From positions 3,180 to 27,179 of the forward strand of contig CAUYTZ010000315.1 of the NCBI GenBank assembly GCA_963575695.1: a DNA stretch of 24,000 nt, read 5' to 3'. The notes beneath the pieces were generated by a model, which did not search any database, had not been told where the DNA came from, and was given only the letters and a program-made list of their open reading frames with translations. Source of the DNA: an uncultured Gammaproteobacteria bacterium (GTDB lineage Bacteria; Pseudomonadota; Alphaproteobacteria; Azospirillales; Azospirillaceae). Shown here in pieces: positions 15,596 through 22,959 of the stretch (positions within the stretch are counted from its first letter, which is position 1; each line of letters starts with the position of its first letter). The translations under genes were made by a program, and so were the position numbers.

Positions 15596-15609
15596 TTGCG
15601 AATTCGCAA
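15596..15609. promoter_or_regulatory. perfect 14-bp palindrome TTGCGAATTCGCAA, candidate CRP/FNR-family-style operator upstream of the CZB gene pair
   Basis: Read directly. It has the 5-4-5 layout of FNR boxes (TTGAT-N4-ATCAA) and keeps the outer TTG...CAA. It lies about 100 nt upstream of the first CZB gene. Confidence 0.35.
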
Positions 15610-15709
15610 TGCGACTCCTCACCCGTTCCGCTTACAGTTTGCCGGTTGAAGCGAGTCGCGGGTTGGGTGATCCCGTGGGGCTGGCCTTGGTCGCCATTTG
15701 GAAAAGAAC

Positions 15710-16162
15710 ATGCGAACAACGATGACTCTAGATGTGAATGCGGCACGGCTCATCCACATTGACTGGCTAATGCAACTGGAAAGCTCCCTTGATCTGGGGC
15801 CGAACCCGGCCGGGACTCCGGTCATGGGTACGCCACCCCAGTCTGACACGGAGTGTGCTCTGGGGGTGTGGCTCCACGGCCCCGGCCGGCTCCGCTACGG
15901 CCAGCTTGATGAGATCAAGCGCCTAACTATCGAGCATAGAACATTTCATCGCACGATTGATAAGGCGGCGGCGCGGGTCCATCAAGGAGAGCGCGAAAAA
16001 GCACTGGCTCTGTTCCAAGATGCACGAAGAATTAGTAAGGACATTGTCTACCTGTTGACTTTTATCGAACTGGAGATTCTGGAGCGGGAACGGAAGCGCC
16101 ACCTTTCCCGGAATCCTTTTAATGCCATTCGATCATTTTTTTCAGGCATTGCGGCGCGATGA
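15710..16162 (+). CDS. stand-alone CZB (chemoreceptor zinc-binding) domain protein
   Basis: CZB signature: ARLIHIDWLMQL ... ECALGVWL ... IEHRTFHRTI (His, Cys, HxxxH ligands). The ORF is open from TTG 15698, with ATGs at 15710 and 15722, so the start is uncertain within about 25 nt. Confidence 0.75.
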   Translation: MRTTMTLDVNAARLIHIDWLMQLESSLDLGPNPAGTPVMGTPPQSDTECALGVWLHGPGRLRYGQLDEIKRLTIEHRTFHRTIDKAAARVHQGEREKALALFQDARRISKDIVYLLTFIELEILERERKRHLSRNPFNAIRSFFSGIAAR

Positions 16163-16214
16163 TCATTGGCAATGCCACTCATTACGCCCCACGAGAACGC
16201 AGGAGAAAGCGGCC

Positions 16215-16571
16215 ATGATGCTCGATATAACCCATGCTCGTTTGGTTCACTTGAAGTGGGCGTCGCAACTAAGCCGACTGTTCCGTAATTTTGGCAAAGA
16301 TGTAGCGCTTCAGACCCATGAGGAATGTGCTGTTGGTGTCTGGATAAGCCGGGTTGGCTTGCACAAATACGCCCACATTGAAGAAATAGGACAACTTAAC
16401 GATTGTCATGCTAAATTCCACGAAGCGGCCAGCCGTACCATCTCTTGCTTGCAACAAAAGCAATTCCACCAGGCACAGGAGGCTTATGGCATCGTCAACA
16501 CACTCAGTCGGGATATCGTCTATTTGCTGACGGTGATTGAATACCATCTGGAGATGACGAAGCCACATTGA
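16215..16571 (+). CDS. stand-alone CZB domain protein (second, tandem paralog)
   Basis: ATG 16215 lies 8 nt after AGGAGAA (16201-16207); the longer track ORF from 16122 overlaps the upstream gene. Motifs: ARLVHLKWASQL ... ECAVGVWI ... NDCHAKFHEA. Confidence 0.8.
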   Translation: MMLDITHARLVHLKWASQLSRLFRNFGKDVALQTHEECAVGVWISRVGLHKYAHIEEIGQLNDCHAKFHEAASRTISCLQQKQFHQAQEAYGIVNTLSRDIVYLLTVIEYHLEMTKPH

Positions 16572-16577
16572 GTAAAC

Positions 16578-17354
16578 TTAGACTTCCGTTGCGATTTGTT
16601 CTAGCGCCTCCAGATCACAGGTAAAACTGTTCGGTCCAAGTTCTTGAACCGTGCCCATTCTTCTGAATTGGGCCACCACCCGGCTTGCGGTTTCGGTCGT
16701 TACCCCCAGCAAAGCACCGATGTCTTCCCGCCCAAACAACCGGCACCGGCCATGCGCACTTTGGGCGGTATTTGAAGAGGCGGCATCGCGTGAAGCCAGC
16801 ATCAAGAACAGCCGCGCGACCCGCTGGCGGGCACTGCCGGTCGCCAATTCGCGTGTGCAATCATGAGCCTGGAGTACCGCTTCGTGCCACTTCTTCATCA
16901 ACTGCCGATGGAGTTTGCCGGAAAGTCTGGCCACGATTTCGGTCGGTAACCGGCAGACCCAGGTCGGTTGCAGGGCCACGGCCGCATGTTCATAGACGGC
17001 GGCAACCGTTACCTCCAGACCGGCAACCTGGCCTGGGCCGAGCAGGCTGACGATGCGCGAAGTTCCGTCTGGAAGATATTGTTCAAGCTTAAGCAAGCCC
17101 TCACGAACAGTATAAATCGCGGCACCGGTGTCGCCAGCCCGGTACAGACAGGCCCCCGGAGACAGCCGGAGATCTTGAATCGAGGGATTGGAACCAAGTT
17201 CGGCGCGGGTCAGGTCGGCGAACAGGGCAAGCTCACGAACGCTGCAAGCGTCGCACGCGGTCGAATCCGGACAGGAAGATTGGCTTTGTTTTGTCCGCAT
17301 GGTCGGAATTGTTGTCGCAACGAATGTGGGTCCAGGGACTCTAGGCTCCGGCAT
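16578..17354 (-). CDS. Crp/Fnr-family transcription regulator with FNR-type cysteine set
   Basis: It has a cNMP-binding-like beta-roll (LYRAGDTGAAIYTVREGLLKL) and a C-terminal HTH with the E--SR recognition motif (GVTTETASRVVAQFRRMG; compare E. coli FNR GLTVETISRLLGRFQKSG). N-terminal cysteines: SCPDSTACDACS. A central Cys in WVCRLP aligns with FNR MVCEIP (C122). ATG 17354 overlaps the upstream stop as TAATG; an alternative ATG is at 17300. Confidence 0.85.
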   Translation of the reverse strand: MPEPRVPGPTFVATTIPTMRTKQSQSSCPDSTACDACSVRELALFADLTRAELGSNPSIQDLRLSPGACLYRAGDTGAAIYTVREGLLKLEQYLPDGTSRIVSLLGPGQVAGLEVTVAAVYEHAAVALQPTWVCRLPTEIVARLSGKLHRQLMKKWHEAVLQAHDCTRELATGSARQRVARLFLMLASRDAASSNTAQSAHGRCRLFGREDIGALLGVTTETASRVVAQFRRMGTVQELGPNSFTCDLEALEQIATEV

Positions 17355-18406
17355 TACTTCCGATCACCGAAGCGACGCCAGACCGAACGGATCGCAAGCG
17401 CCAACAACAACGCGGCCGAGGCCATGGCCACCCATCCGGGTGCCGCTTCTTCGGCGGTAGACCAGGAATGAGCCAAATCAAAAGAAAAATCATGCACAAC
17501 AAGATCGGTGATTATCCCGGCCACAAGCGCGCAGCCAATCAGACCACTCAAATAGAGCACCGTGGCCATTGACCCAAGTTCACGCCGAACCACCGCAATC
17601 GTGGCCAAGTTGGTCGCGGGCCCGGCCAGCAGGAACACCATCACCGCCCCGGGCGAAACCCCGGCCAGCAACAAGGCTCCGGCCAACGGCGTTGAAGCGG
17701 TGGCGCAGATATACATCGGCACGCCGATGGCGACCATCGCCAGCATCGCTGGCAGGCCACCGCCCCAGCCGGCCAATGCTTGCGGCGGGACCAGCGTCGC
17801 GGTCAGCGCCGCCGCCAGCAAGCCAAGCGCCAACCACAAGATCAGATCATCGAACATGTCGGTAAAGGCGTAGGACAACCCGGCCAGAGTCCGGCCCAGC
17901 AAGCTCTGTCGCGCCGGAGCCACCATTTTGCCGCTCCCACAGCAGTCGGTGGCGCAGCCACCGGCGGAAGCGGCTGGGGAAAGAGCTGGCACGGCAACAT
18001 CCTCACGCGGCAGAACCAGCATCAGCAATCCGGTGGCCACGGCACTGGTTACGGCGGCAACCGGCCGGGCGATGGCGAAAAACGGTCCCAGAATGCCGTA
18101 AGACAGCGCGATGGAATCAAGGCCAGTTTCCGGGGTGGCGATCAGGAACGAAACCACCGCCTCACGCGACGCGCCGGCTCGGCGCAGCCCTACCGCCGCC
18201 GGCAGCACACCACACGAGCACAGCGGCAAAGGTGCGCCAATCAGCGCCGCCAGCACCGCTGGCCGAATTCCACGCCCGCCGAGCCAGCGCCCCAAAGTGG
18301 CGGCCGGCAGCCAAGCGTGAACCAGTCCCGCCGCCGCCAGTCCCAGCACCAGCCAGGGAGCGGCATCAAGGAACAAGTCCAGACCGTGAACGGCAAATTC
18401 CTGCAT
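17354..18406 (-). CDS. PF03773/UPF0718-type permease (ArsP / SO_0444-like putative metal transporter)
   Basis: 350 aa, polytopic. It has the family-typical GAPLPLCSCGVLP motif, a Cys-rich central loop (GGCATDCCGSG) and a two-halves architecture. ATG 18406 follows AAAGG. Confidence 0.8.
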   Translation of the reverse strand: MQEFAVHGLDLFLDAAPWLVLGLAAAGLVHAWLPAATLGRWLGGRGIRPAVLAALIGAPLPLCSCGVLPAAVGLRRAGASREAVVSFLIATPETGLDSIALSYGILGPFFAIARPVAAVTSAVATGLLMLVLPREDVAVPALSPAASAGGCATDCCGSGKMVAPARQSLLGRTLAGLSYAFTDMFDDLILWLALGLLAAALTATLVPPQALAGWGGGLPAMLAMVAIGVPMYICATASTPLAGALLLAGVSPGAVMVFLLAGPATNLATIAVVRRELGSMATVLYLSGLIGCALVAGIITDLVVHDFSFDLAHSWSTAEEAAPGWVAMASAALLLALAIRSVWRRFGDRK

Positions 18407-18445
18407 TTAATGACCTTTGTTTTCTTTTATTTTTGGCGATCTGCC

Positions 18446-18607
18446 TTATTTGGAAGGCTCACCACCACAACCCTTGGAACAGCCGCAACAGCCGCCCTGC
18501 CCCGCCGAGCGCCCGAACAAACCCATCAAGCGGCGCGCCACGATAAAAATACAGACCAAACCGATCGCGACCACAACCGCGATATCCAACCAGGAACCAT
18601 GGGTCAT
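18446..18607 (-). CDS. FeoB-associated Cys-rich membrane peptide (53 aa)
   Basis: MTHGSWLDIAVVVAIGLVCIFIVARRLMGLFGRSAGQGGCCGCSKGCGGEPSK has one TM plus a GC-rich Cys tail, typical of the small peptides encoded after feoB. ATG 18607 forms an ATGA overlap with the feoB stop (18604-18606). The 101-aa track ORF is an upstream extension inside feoB. Confidence 0.7.
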   Translation of the reverse strand: MTHGSWLDIAVVVAIGLVCIFIVARRLMGLFGRSAGQGGCCGCSKGCGGEPSK

Positions 18608-20655
18608 AGGATCAGCTTCCCCAGCGTTTCGGCGATCGCCCCCGTAGCATAGGCCAACGTCCAGGCCACCACCAGCGAGCAAACCAACGACAGCCCAGCC
18701 CAGCGCCAACTCCCAGACTCCCGACCAATCACGGCCAAGGTGGTCAGACAAGGCGTATAAAGCAAAACGAAGACCATGAACGCCAGAGCAATCGGCTGCG
18801 TCATGCCTCGGGCGATAGCCTGGCGCAAACCCTCCGATCCTTTTTCCTGGGCGTGGAGCACGGCATAGGTGCTGACCACAGTTTCCTTGGCCATCAGACC
18901 GGTAAGAATAGCGATAGTATCGTTGTGGCCAAACCCAAGCGGGGCGAACACCGGATTAACGGTATCGGCAATTTTGCCAAGATAACTGGCCGCCATCGCT
19001 TCTTGAGCCGTCGCCGTCTCCGGTGCCGCCGGATACTGCTGAAGGAACCAGATCGCGACCGAACCAATCACAATAATGCCGCCAATCTTGCGCAAAAAAT
19101 CCTGGACGCTATCCCACACCTGATAGGCAAGCGAATGCAGAGCCGGCCGGCGATAGGGCGGAAGCTCCATCAGGAAACTTTCGGCATCAGCCACCAGCAG
19201 CACCCGATCAAAGGCCACTGCGGCACCAAGCGCAACCAGCACACTCAAAGCATAGAGCGCAAACACCACCGAGCCGGCCCAGCGATCGAAAAATGCCCCG
19301 CCGAACAGAATAAACACCGGCAGCCGCGCCGAACAACTAACATAAGGTGCGGCAAGAATGGCGATCAACCGCGAGCGCTTAGTCTCAATGGTTCTGGTCG
19401 CCATAATGGCGGTGGCATTGCAACCGAAGCCCATAATCAGCGGAATCATGGCCTTGCCATGCAAACCGAACGCCCGCATCACCCGATCGAGCAAAAACGC
19501 CGCTCGTGCCAGATAACCGGTCTCGCTGAACACGGCCATGAAGAAAAACAAGATCATGATGTTGGGTAGAAAAACAATCGTACCGCCGACGCCGGCCAGG
19601 ACACCATTGACGATCAAATCATGGGTAAGACCCGGTGGAATCGCCTGGTCCGCCCAGCCGGTAACCACGGCCACCGCCGCATTAATCCAAACGGTGGGAA
19701 GCGCTCCCAAGGTAAAGGTGGCCTGAAACATCAACCACATCAAAGCGCCAAGCGCCGGTAGCCCAAGCCAGCGGTGCAGCAACAGGTCGTCGAGCCGGTG
19801 GGTCAGTCGATGCCCCAAGCTCGGCGTCGGGGTCGTGCGCTGAACCACCCGCCGCAGCAGCGTGTCAATGAAGCCAAAGCGGGCGTGCGCGATCATATGG
19901 GCGCAGTCCTCACCGTGATCACGCTCGATTCGCTCGCCGATCTCACCAATTAACGCGATCAACCGGTCGTGTTCGCCTTCGCGTTGAAGGATTTCAGTGT
20001 CGCCCTCCAGCAACTTGATCGCCAGCCAGCGGCTCTGCTCCGGCGTCATCGACGCGGGACGCAACTCGGCAAGCAACGTCTGAACCCGCCCAATCGCCCC
20101 TTCCAAAGGCTCCTGGTAACGGATCGCTGGCGCTGAGTGATTAACCTGGTGCTGGGACACCGCCACCACGGCATGAAGCACATCAGGAACGCCATCGCCA
20201 GAAACGGCGACCGTCTCGACCACCGGCCCCCCCAGCGCGGCGGCCAGGGCGACACGATCGATTGTGATGCCTTGGCCCCGCGCCTCGTCGATCATATTAA
20301 GCACGAACACGCACGGCCGGCCCATCTCAACCAGTTGGATGGTCAGGAATAGGCTACGGTGAAGGTTACCGGCATCAAGAACATTGACCACCACATCCGG
20401 CCGCTCGAAATGAATCACGTCCCGGCCAACACGCTCTTCAGGCAACCCACCGTTCAGAGTGTAGATTCCGGGCAAATCAATCACCCGAAGGGTGCGGCCA
20501 TCGTGGGTAGTCTCAGCAACCTGCCGCGTTACCGTAACCCGCGGATAATTGGCGGCGATGCCAAAGGCCCCGGTCAGACGATTAAACAACGAGGTCTTGC
20601 CACAATTCGGATTGCCGGCAAGGGCGGTGGTGATCGGAAGGGACCGGCGAGACAT
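18604..20655 (-). CDS. feoB: FeoB ferrous iron transporter
   Basis: N-terminal G-domain (ALAGNPNCGKTSLFNRLTG, DLPGIY, NMID) is followed by a polytopic permease with gate motifs. ATG 20655 is preceded by GGGGAAG; the track start at 20679 adds 8 aa. Confidence 0.92.
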   Translation of the reverse strand: MSRRSLPITTALAGNPNCGKTSLFNRLTGAFGIAANYPRVTVTRQVAETTHDGRTLRVIDLPGIYTLNGGLPEERVGRDVIHFERPDVVVNVLDAGNLHRSLFLTIQLVEMGRPCVFVLNMIDEARGQGITIDRVALAAALGGPVVETVAVSGDGVPDVLHAVVAVSQHQVNHSAPAIRYQEPLEGAIGRVQTLLAELRPASMTPEQSRWLAIKLLEGDTEILQREGEHDRLIALIGEIGERIERDHGEDCAHMIAHARFGFIDTLLRRVVQRTTPTPSLGHRLTHRLDDLLLHRWLGLPALGALMWLMFQATFTLGALPTVWINAAVAVVTGWADQAIPPGLTHDLIVNGVLAGVGGTIVFLPNIMILFFFMAVFSETGYLARAAFLLDRVMRAFGLHGKAMIPLIMGFGCNATAIMATRTIETKRSRLIAILAAPYVSCSARLPVFILFGGAFFDRWAGSVVFALYALSVLVALGAAVAFDRVLLVADAESFLMELPPYRRPALHSLAYQVWDSVQDFLRKIGGIIVIGSVAIWFLQQYPAAPETATAQEAMAASYLGKIADTVNPVFAPLGFGHNDTIAILTGLMAKETVVSTYAVLHAQEKGSEGLRQAIARGMTQPIALAFMVFVLLYTPCLTTLAVIGRESGSWRWAGLSLVCSLVVAWTLAYATGAIAETLGKLIL

Positions 20656-20742
20656 GGCTTCCCCACTGCCGCCAAGCACGGAATACCATGCCCGTTCAAG
20701 CGGTATTGTTTCAGAAAAAGACGGAAAAGCGTCAAAGAGGAT

Positions 20743-21036
20743 CTATTCGATTCGCAACAAAACGCTGCGGGCGTCCTCATTACGCAGAGACAAGCGATAA
20801 CCAAGCAAAGTATAGGCCCGTGGATTACCCATCGGGGCTGTCCTGTCCACAGTGATCTCTGTGCCCCGGACCAAACCGAACGCCGTCAGCCGACGCCCCA
20901 ACTCACTGCCTTTTCCGTCAAAGCCAACAACGATTCCACGTTGGCCTGCCACCAAATCGGCTAGTGTTAGTGTTACAGGTGAGGTTCCCGCCCACTGCGG
21001 CTCCCGGACTTGCTCGACCTTGCTGGACTGCGTCAT
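20743..21036 (-). CDS. feoA: FeoA
   Basis: SH3-like FeoA pattern: LADLVAGQRGIVVGF...LGRRLTAFGLVRGTEITV...PMGNPRAYTLLGYRLSLRNEDARSV. It lies immediately upstream of feoB. The start is either ATG 21036 or TTG 21054, and neither has a strong SD. Confidence 0.85.
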   Translation of the reverse strand: MTQSSKVEQVREPQWAGTSPVTLTLADLVAGQRGIVVGFDGKGSELGRRLTAFGLVRGTEITVDRTAPMGNPRAYTLLGYRLSLRNEDARSVLLRIE

Positions 21037-21124
21037 GATGGTGCGCCTAGTCAATTTACGAACAGATTTCTAACCGCCCGCTCGAAGGCCCTTAAACCCC
21101 ATGGCCCGCTCGATGCGATTAACT

Positions 21125-21139
21125 ATCATTCTTAATGAT
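21125..21139. promoter_or_regulatory. AT-rich inverted repeat ATCATT-CTT-AATGAT upstream of feoA (Fur-box-like hexamers)
   Basis: Read directly. It is built of the same AATGAT/ATCATT hexamers as the Fur consensus GATAATGATAATCATTATC, but in the opposite arrangement. It lies 71-89 nt upstream of the candidate feoA starts. Confidence 0.3.
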
Positions 21140-21319
21140 GGCAGCCTGCCAATGGCATGTCAACCACTCATTAACTGCACTCGTCGCATCATCAGGGCAC
21201 TGTCAACCGCATTCTTCCCAATCATAACGAGCGCATCTGAGGGCAAGCAAAACCACACCCCCGCCAGATTTCACCAGAGGGGGAGGCAACAATCCAACAC
21301 AAAACAACCCGTTTAGGGT

Positions 21320-21655
21320 TTAAAGTTGGTCAGCAAGATCACCAATCAACGGAAACTTCCAGGTTTGCTGAAGCAACGCGGAAACGATCCCAATCACACT
21401 CAAGATAGTAACAAAACTGCCCGAAAACCGAAAAAACCACCCAAACCCGGGAATACCGAGCGAGAACAGCGCCAAAACGCCCCATCCCCAAATCACCAAG
21501 CCCTGCCGCGCATGAAAACTGACGAAAGCGTCGTCCCGACTGAACAACAGCGGAATGAAACACAACACGCCAAGATAGCTAAGGACGGCCATCACCCGCG
21601 ACCTTACTCCGACACCATCGCTGACCTGCCTTAACACCCGGTTCAACATGGCCAT
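21320..21655 (-). CDS. mmsF: MmsF/MamF-family magnetosome membrane protein
   Basis: 111 aa. SYLGVLCFIPLLFSRDDAFVSFHARQGLVIWGW ... TWKFPLIGDLA closely parallels the recalled MamF/MmsF ([33 protein letters not shown] ... TWRLPLIS). ATG 21655 follows GAGGAGAG. It lies directly downstream of an mms6-like gene. Confidence 0.9.
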   Translation of the reverse strand: MAMLNRVLRQVSDGVGVRSRVMAVLSYLGVLCFIPLLFSRDDAFVSFHARQGLVIWGWGVLALFSLGIPGFGWFFRFSGSFVTILSVIGIVSALLQQTWKFPLIGDLADQL

Positions 21656-21675
21656 CAGGCTCTCCTCAGATTGGA

Positions 21676-22206
21676 TTACACAGGATTATGCGGGGCCAGC
21701 GCCTCTGACAGTTCTTCGCTCTCGTCGGTGAACTCAACCTCTTCCTGCCCCTTACGATAGCGCCAGTAACCATACGCTGCCGCCGCACCAGCGGCAACAA
21801 CCAAAACCGGCCCCCACGCCCCCAGGCCCAAACCCAATCCGAGACTCAGGCCCTTGCCAGTCCAAATCGTCCCGCCGGTGGTCAAAGCTTGAGCACTACC
21901 CGCAACTTGCACCCCGGTCGCGGTGGTTGCTGGCAAGGCCGCCTGCGTGACCATGCCGGTTCCCTTGCCGGCCGCAACCGCAGCCCCCTTGGCGCCCGCC
22001 CCTGCCCCAGCGACGACCTTCTCACCAGCCATGATCTTAAGGGTAGCCGCCTGCCGGGCGGCTTCCTTTTCGATGCCGGCCCCCGCCACTTTAGCCCCTG
22101 TGGCAACCTTACCCCCGGCAACCCCTTTTACCGCAGCCCCCTTGGCCGTTGCAGTTTGACGGGCAATTTCATTTTCCACTTCGCCGACAGGCGTAGCAGC
22201 AACCAT
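21676..22206 (-). CDS. mms6: Mms6-like Leu-Gly-repeat magnetosome protein (176 aa)
   Basis: The C-terminus GGTIWTGKGLSLGLGLGLGAWGPVLVVAAGAAAAYGYWRYRKGQEEVEFTDESEELSEALA has the Mms6 signature (GTIWxGKGLGLGLGLGAWGP + acidic tail ending (D/E)ALA). ATG 22206 lies 5 nt after AAGGGGG. The track start at GTG 22272 is less likely. The gene is followed by mmsF. Confidence 0.85.
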   Translation of the reverse strand: MVAATPVGEVENEIARQTATAKGAAVKGVAGGKVATGAKVAGAGIEKEAARQAATLKIMAGEKVVAGAGAGAKGAAVAAGKGTGMVTQAALPATTATGVQVAGSAQALTTGGTIWTGKGLSLGLGLGLGAWGPVLVVAAGAAAAYGYWRYRKGQEEVEFTDESEELSEALAPHNPV

Positions 22207-22959
22207 AGTAACCCCCTTAGGTTTAGCTGGATCGGCACAAACAAAAAAACAACGAGACCCCAACCCGTTCACTTTTCCGTAAGCACGCTATCACACGATC
22301 AACCGGTTTTCACGCTTAAAATTAAGCGCAACCAGCGATAAACACCAGGAAGTGCTCTGCAATTATTGTTAATTAAAACGGCTACCATCCAAGCATACTT
22401 GGCTATCCCTCAATAGACTGCTCAGAGAATAGAATTAAAGCTATGTATATTTTTAGACCCCCCCCCAGATTTGCTAAAATTTTTCGCTAATATTTGAGGC
22501 TTTTGCAAAGCCCTCGGAAGTTTTGGCGAGAAGACTCCAATTTGTTCGCTTTTTATTCTATTTTACACTAGGCGGAGCCGCGAATGGGCCTTCGAAGTGG
22601 CTGCTGTGACCGTCAATCCATTAATCTTATGTAATTTTTCGCATATCTCCCCGACTCAGGCACGCCCAAAAGAACCGTGCAATTTAGTAAAATCGAGTTT
22701 CGAGAACAGAAGCCGCGCCGCCGACCCGGCCCAGGATGCTCGCCCGCCTGTGGCGCTTCGCCGCCAGCGTCTTTATCCGCGAAAGTGGCTGGTAATTGTG
22801 GCGTGCCGTGGACCGAGGACGATGATAAAGTCCGCACATGATCGCCCGCCAGATTCACCGCCACGCCCAGTTCTTCCCGCGCCTGCTTGACAAGCCAGGC
22901 GCGGCTGGCACGCTGGTGCGCCATTGGCAGGTAATGGTTGTGTCAAAGGAAGTCTGGTG

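Noticed and set aside
17562-18652. Plus-strand ORFs of up to 290 aa opposite the permease gene
   Set aside because: They are Arg/Gln/His/Pro-rich antisense products of a GC-rich membrane-protein gene.
18853-20964. Plus-strand ORFs of 238 aa and 201 aa opposite feoB/feoA
   Set aside because: They are shadow ORFs. The 201-aa one even spans the feoA-feoB intergenic gap.
21101-21316. 71-aa plus-strand ORF in the mmsF-feoA intergenic region
   Set aside because: It has no SD or motifs. It lies in what is more plausibly the feoA promoter/operator region.
22597-22924. ORFs 22613..22924 (-) and 22597..22890 (+)
   Set aside because: They are mutually overlapping on opposite strands, and all three minus frames give short plausible-looking pieces, e.g. 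MAHQRASRAWLVKQAREELGVAVNLAGD and DFIIVLGPRHATITSHFRG. This looks like a frameshifted remnant or non-coding DNA. I cannot assign a family without BLASTX.
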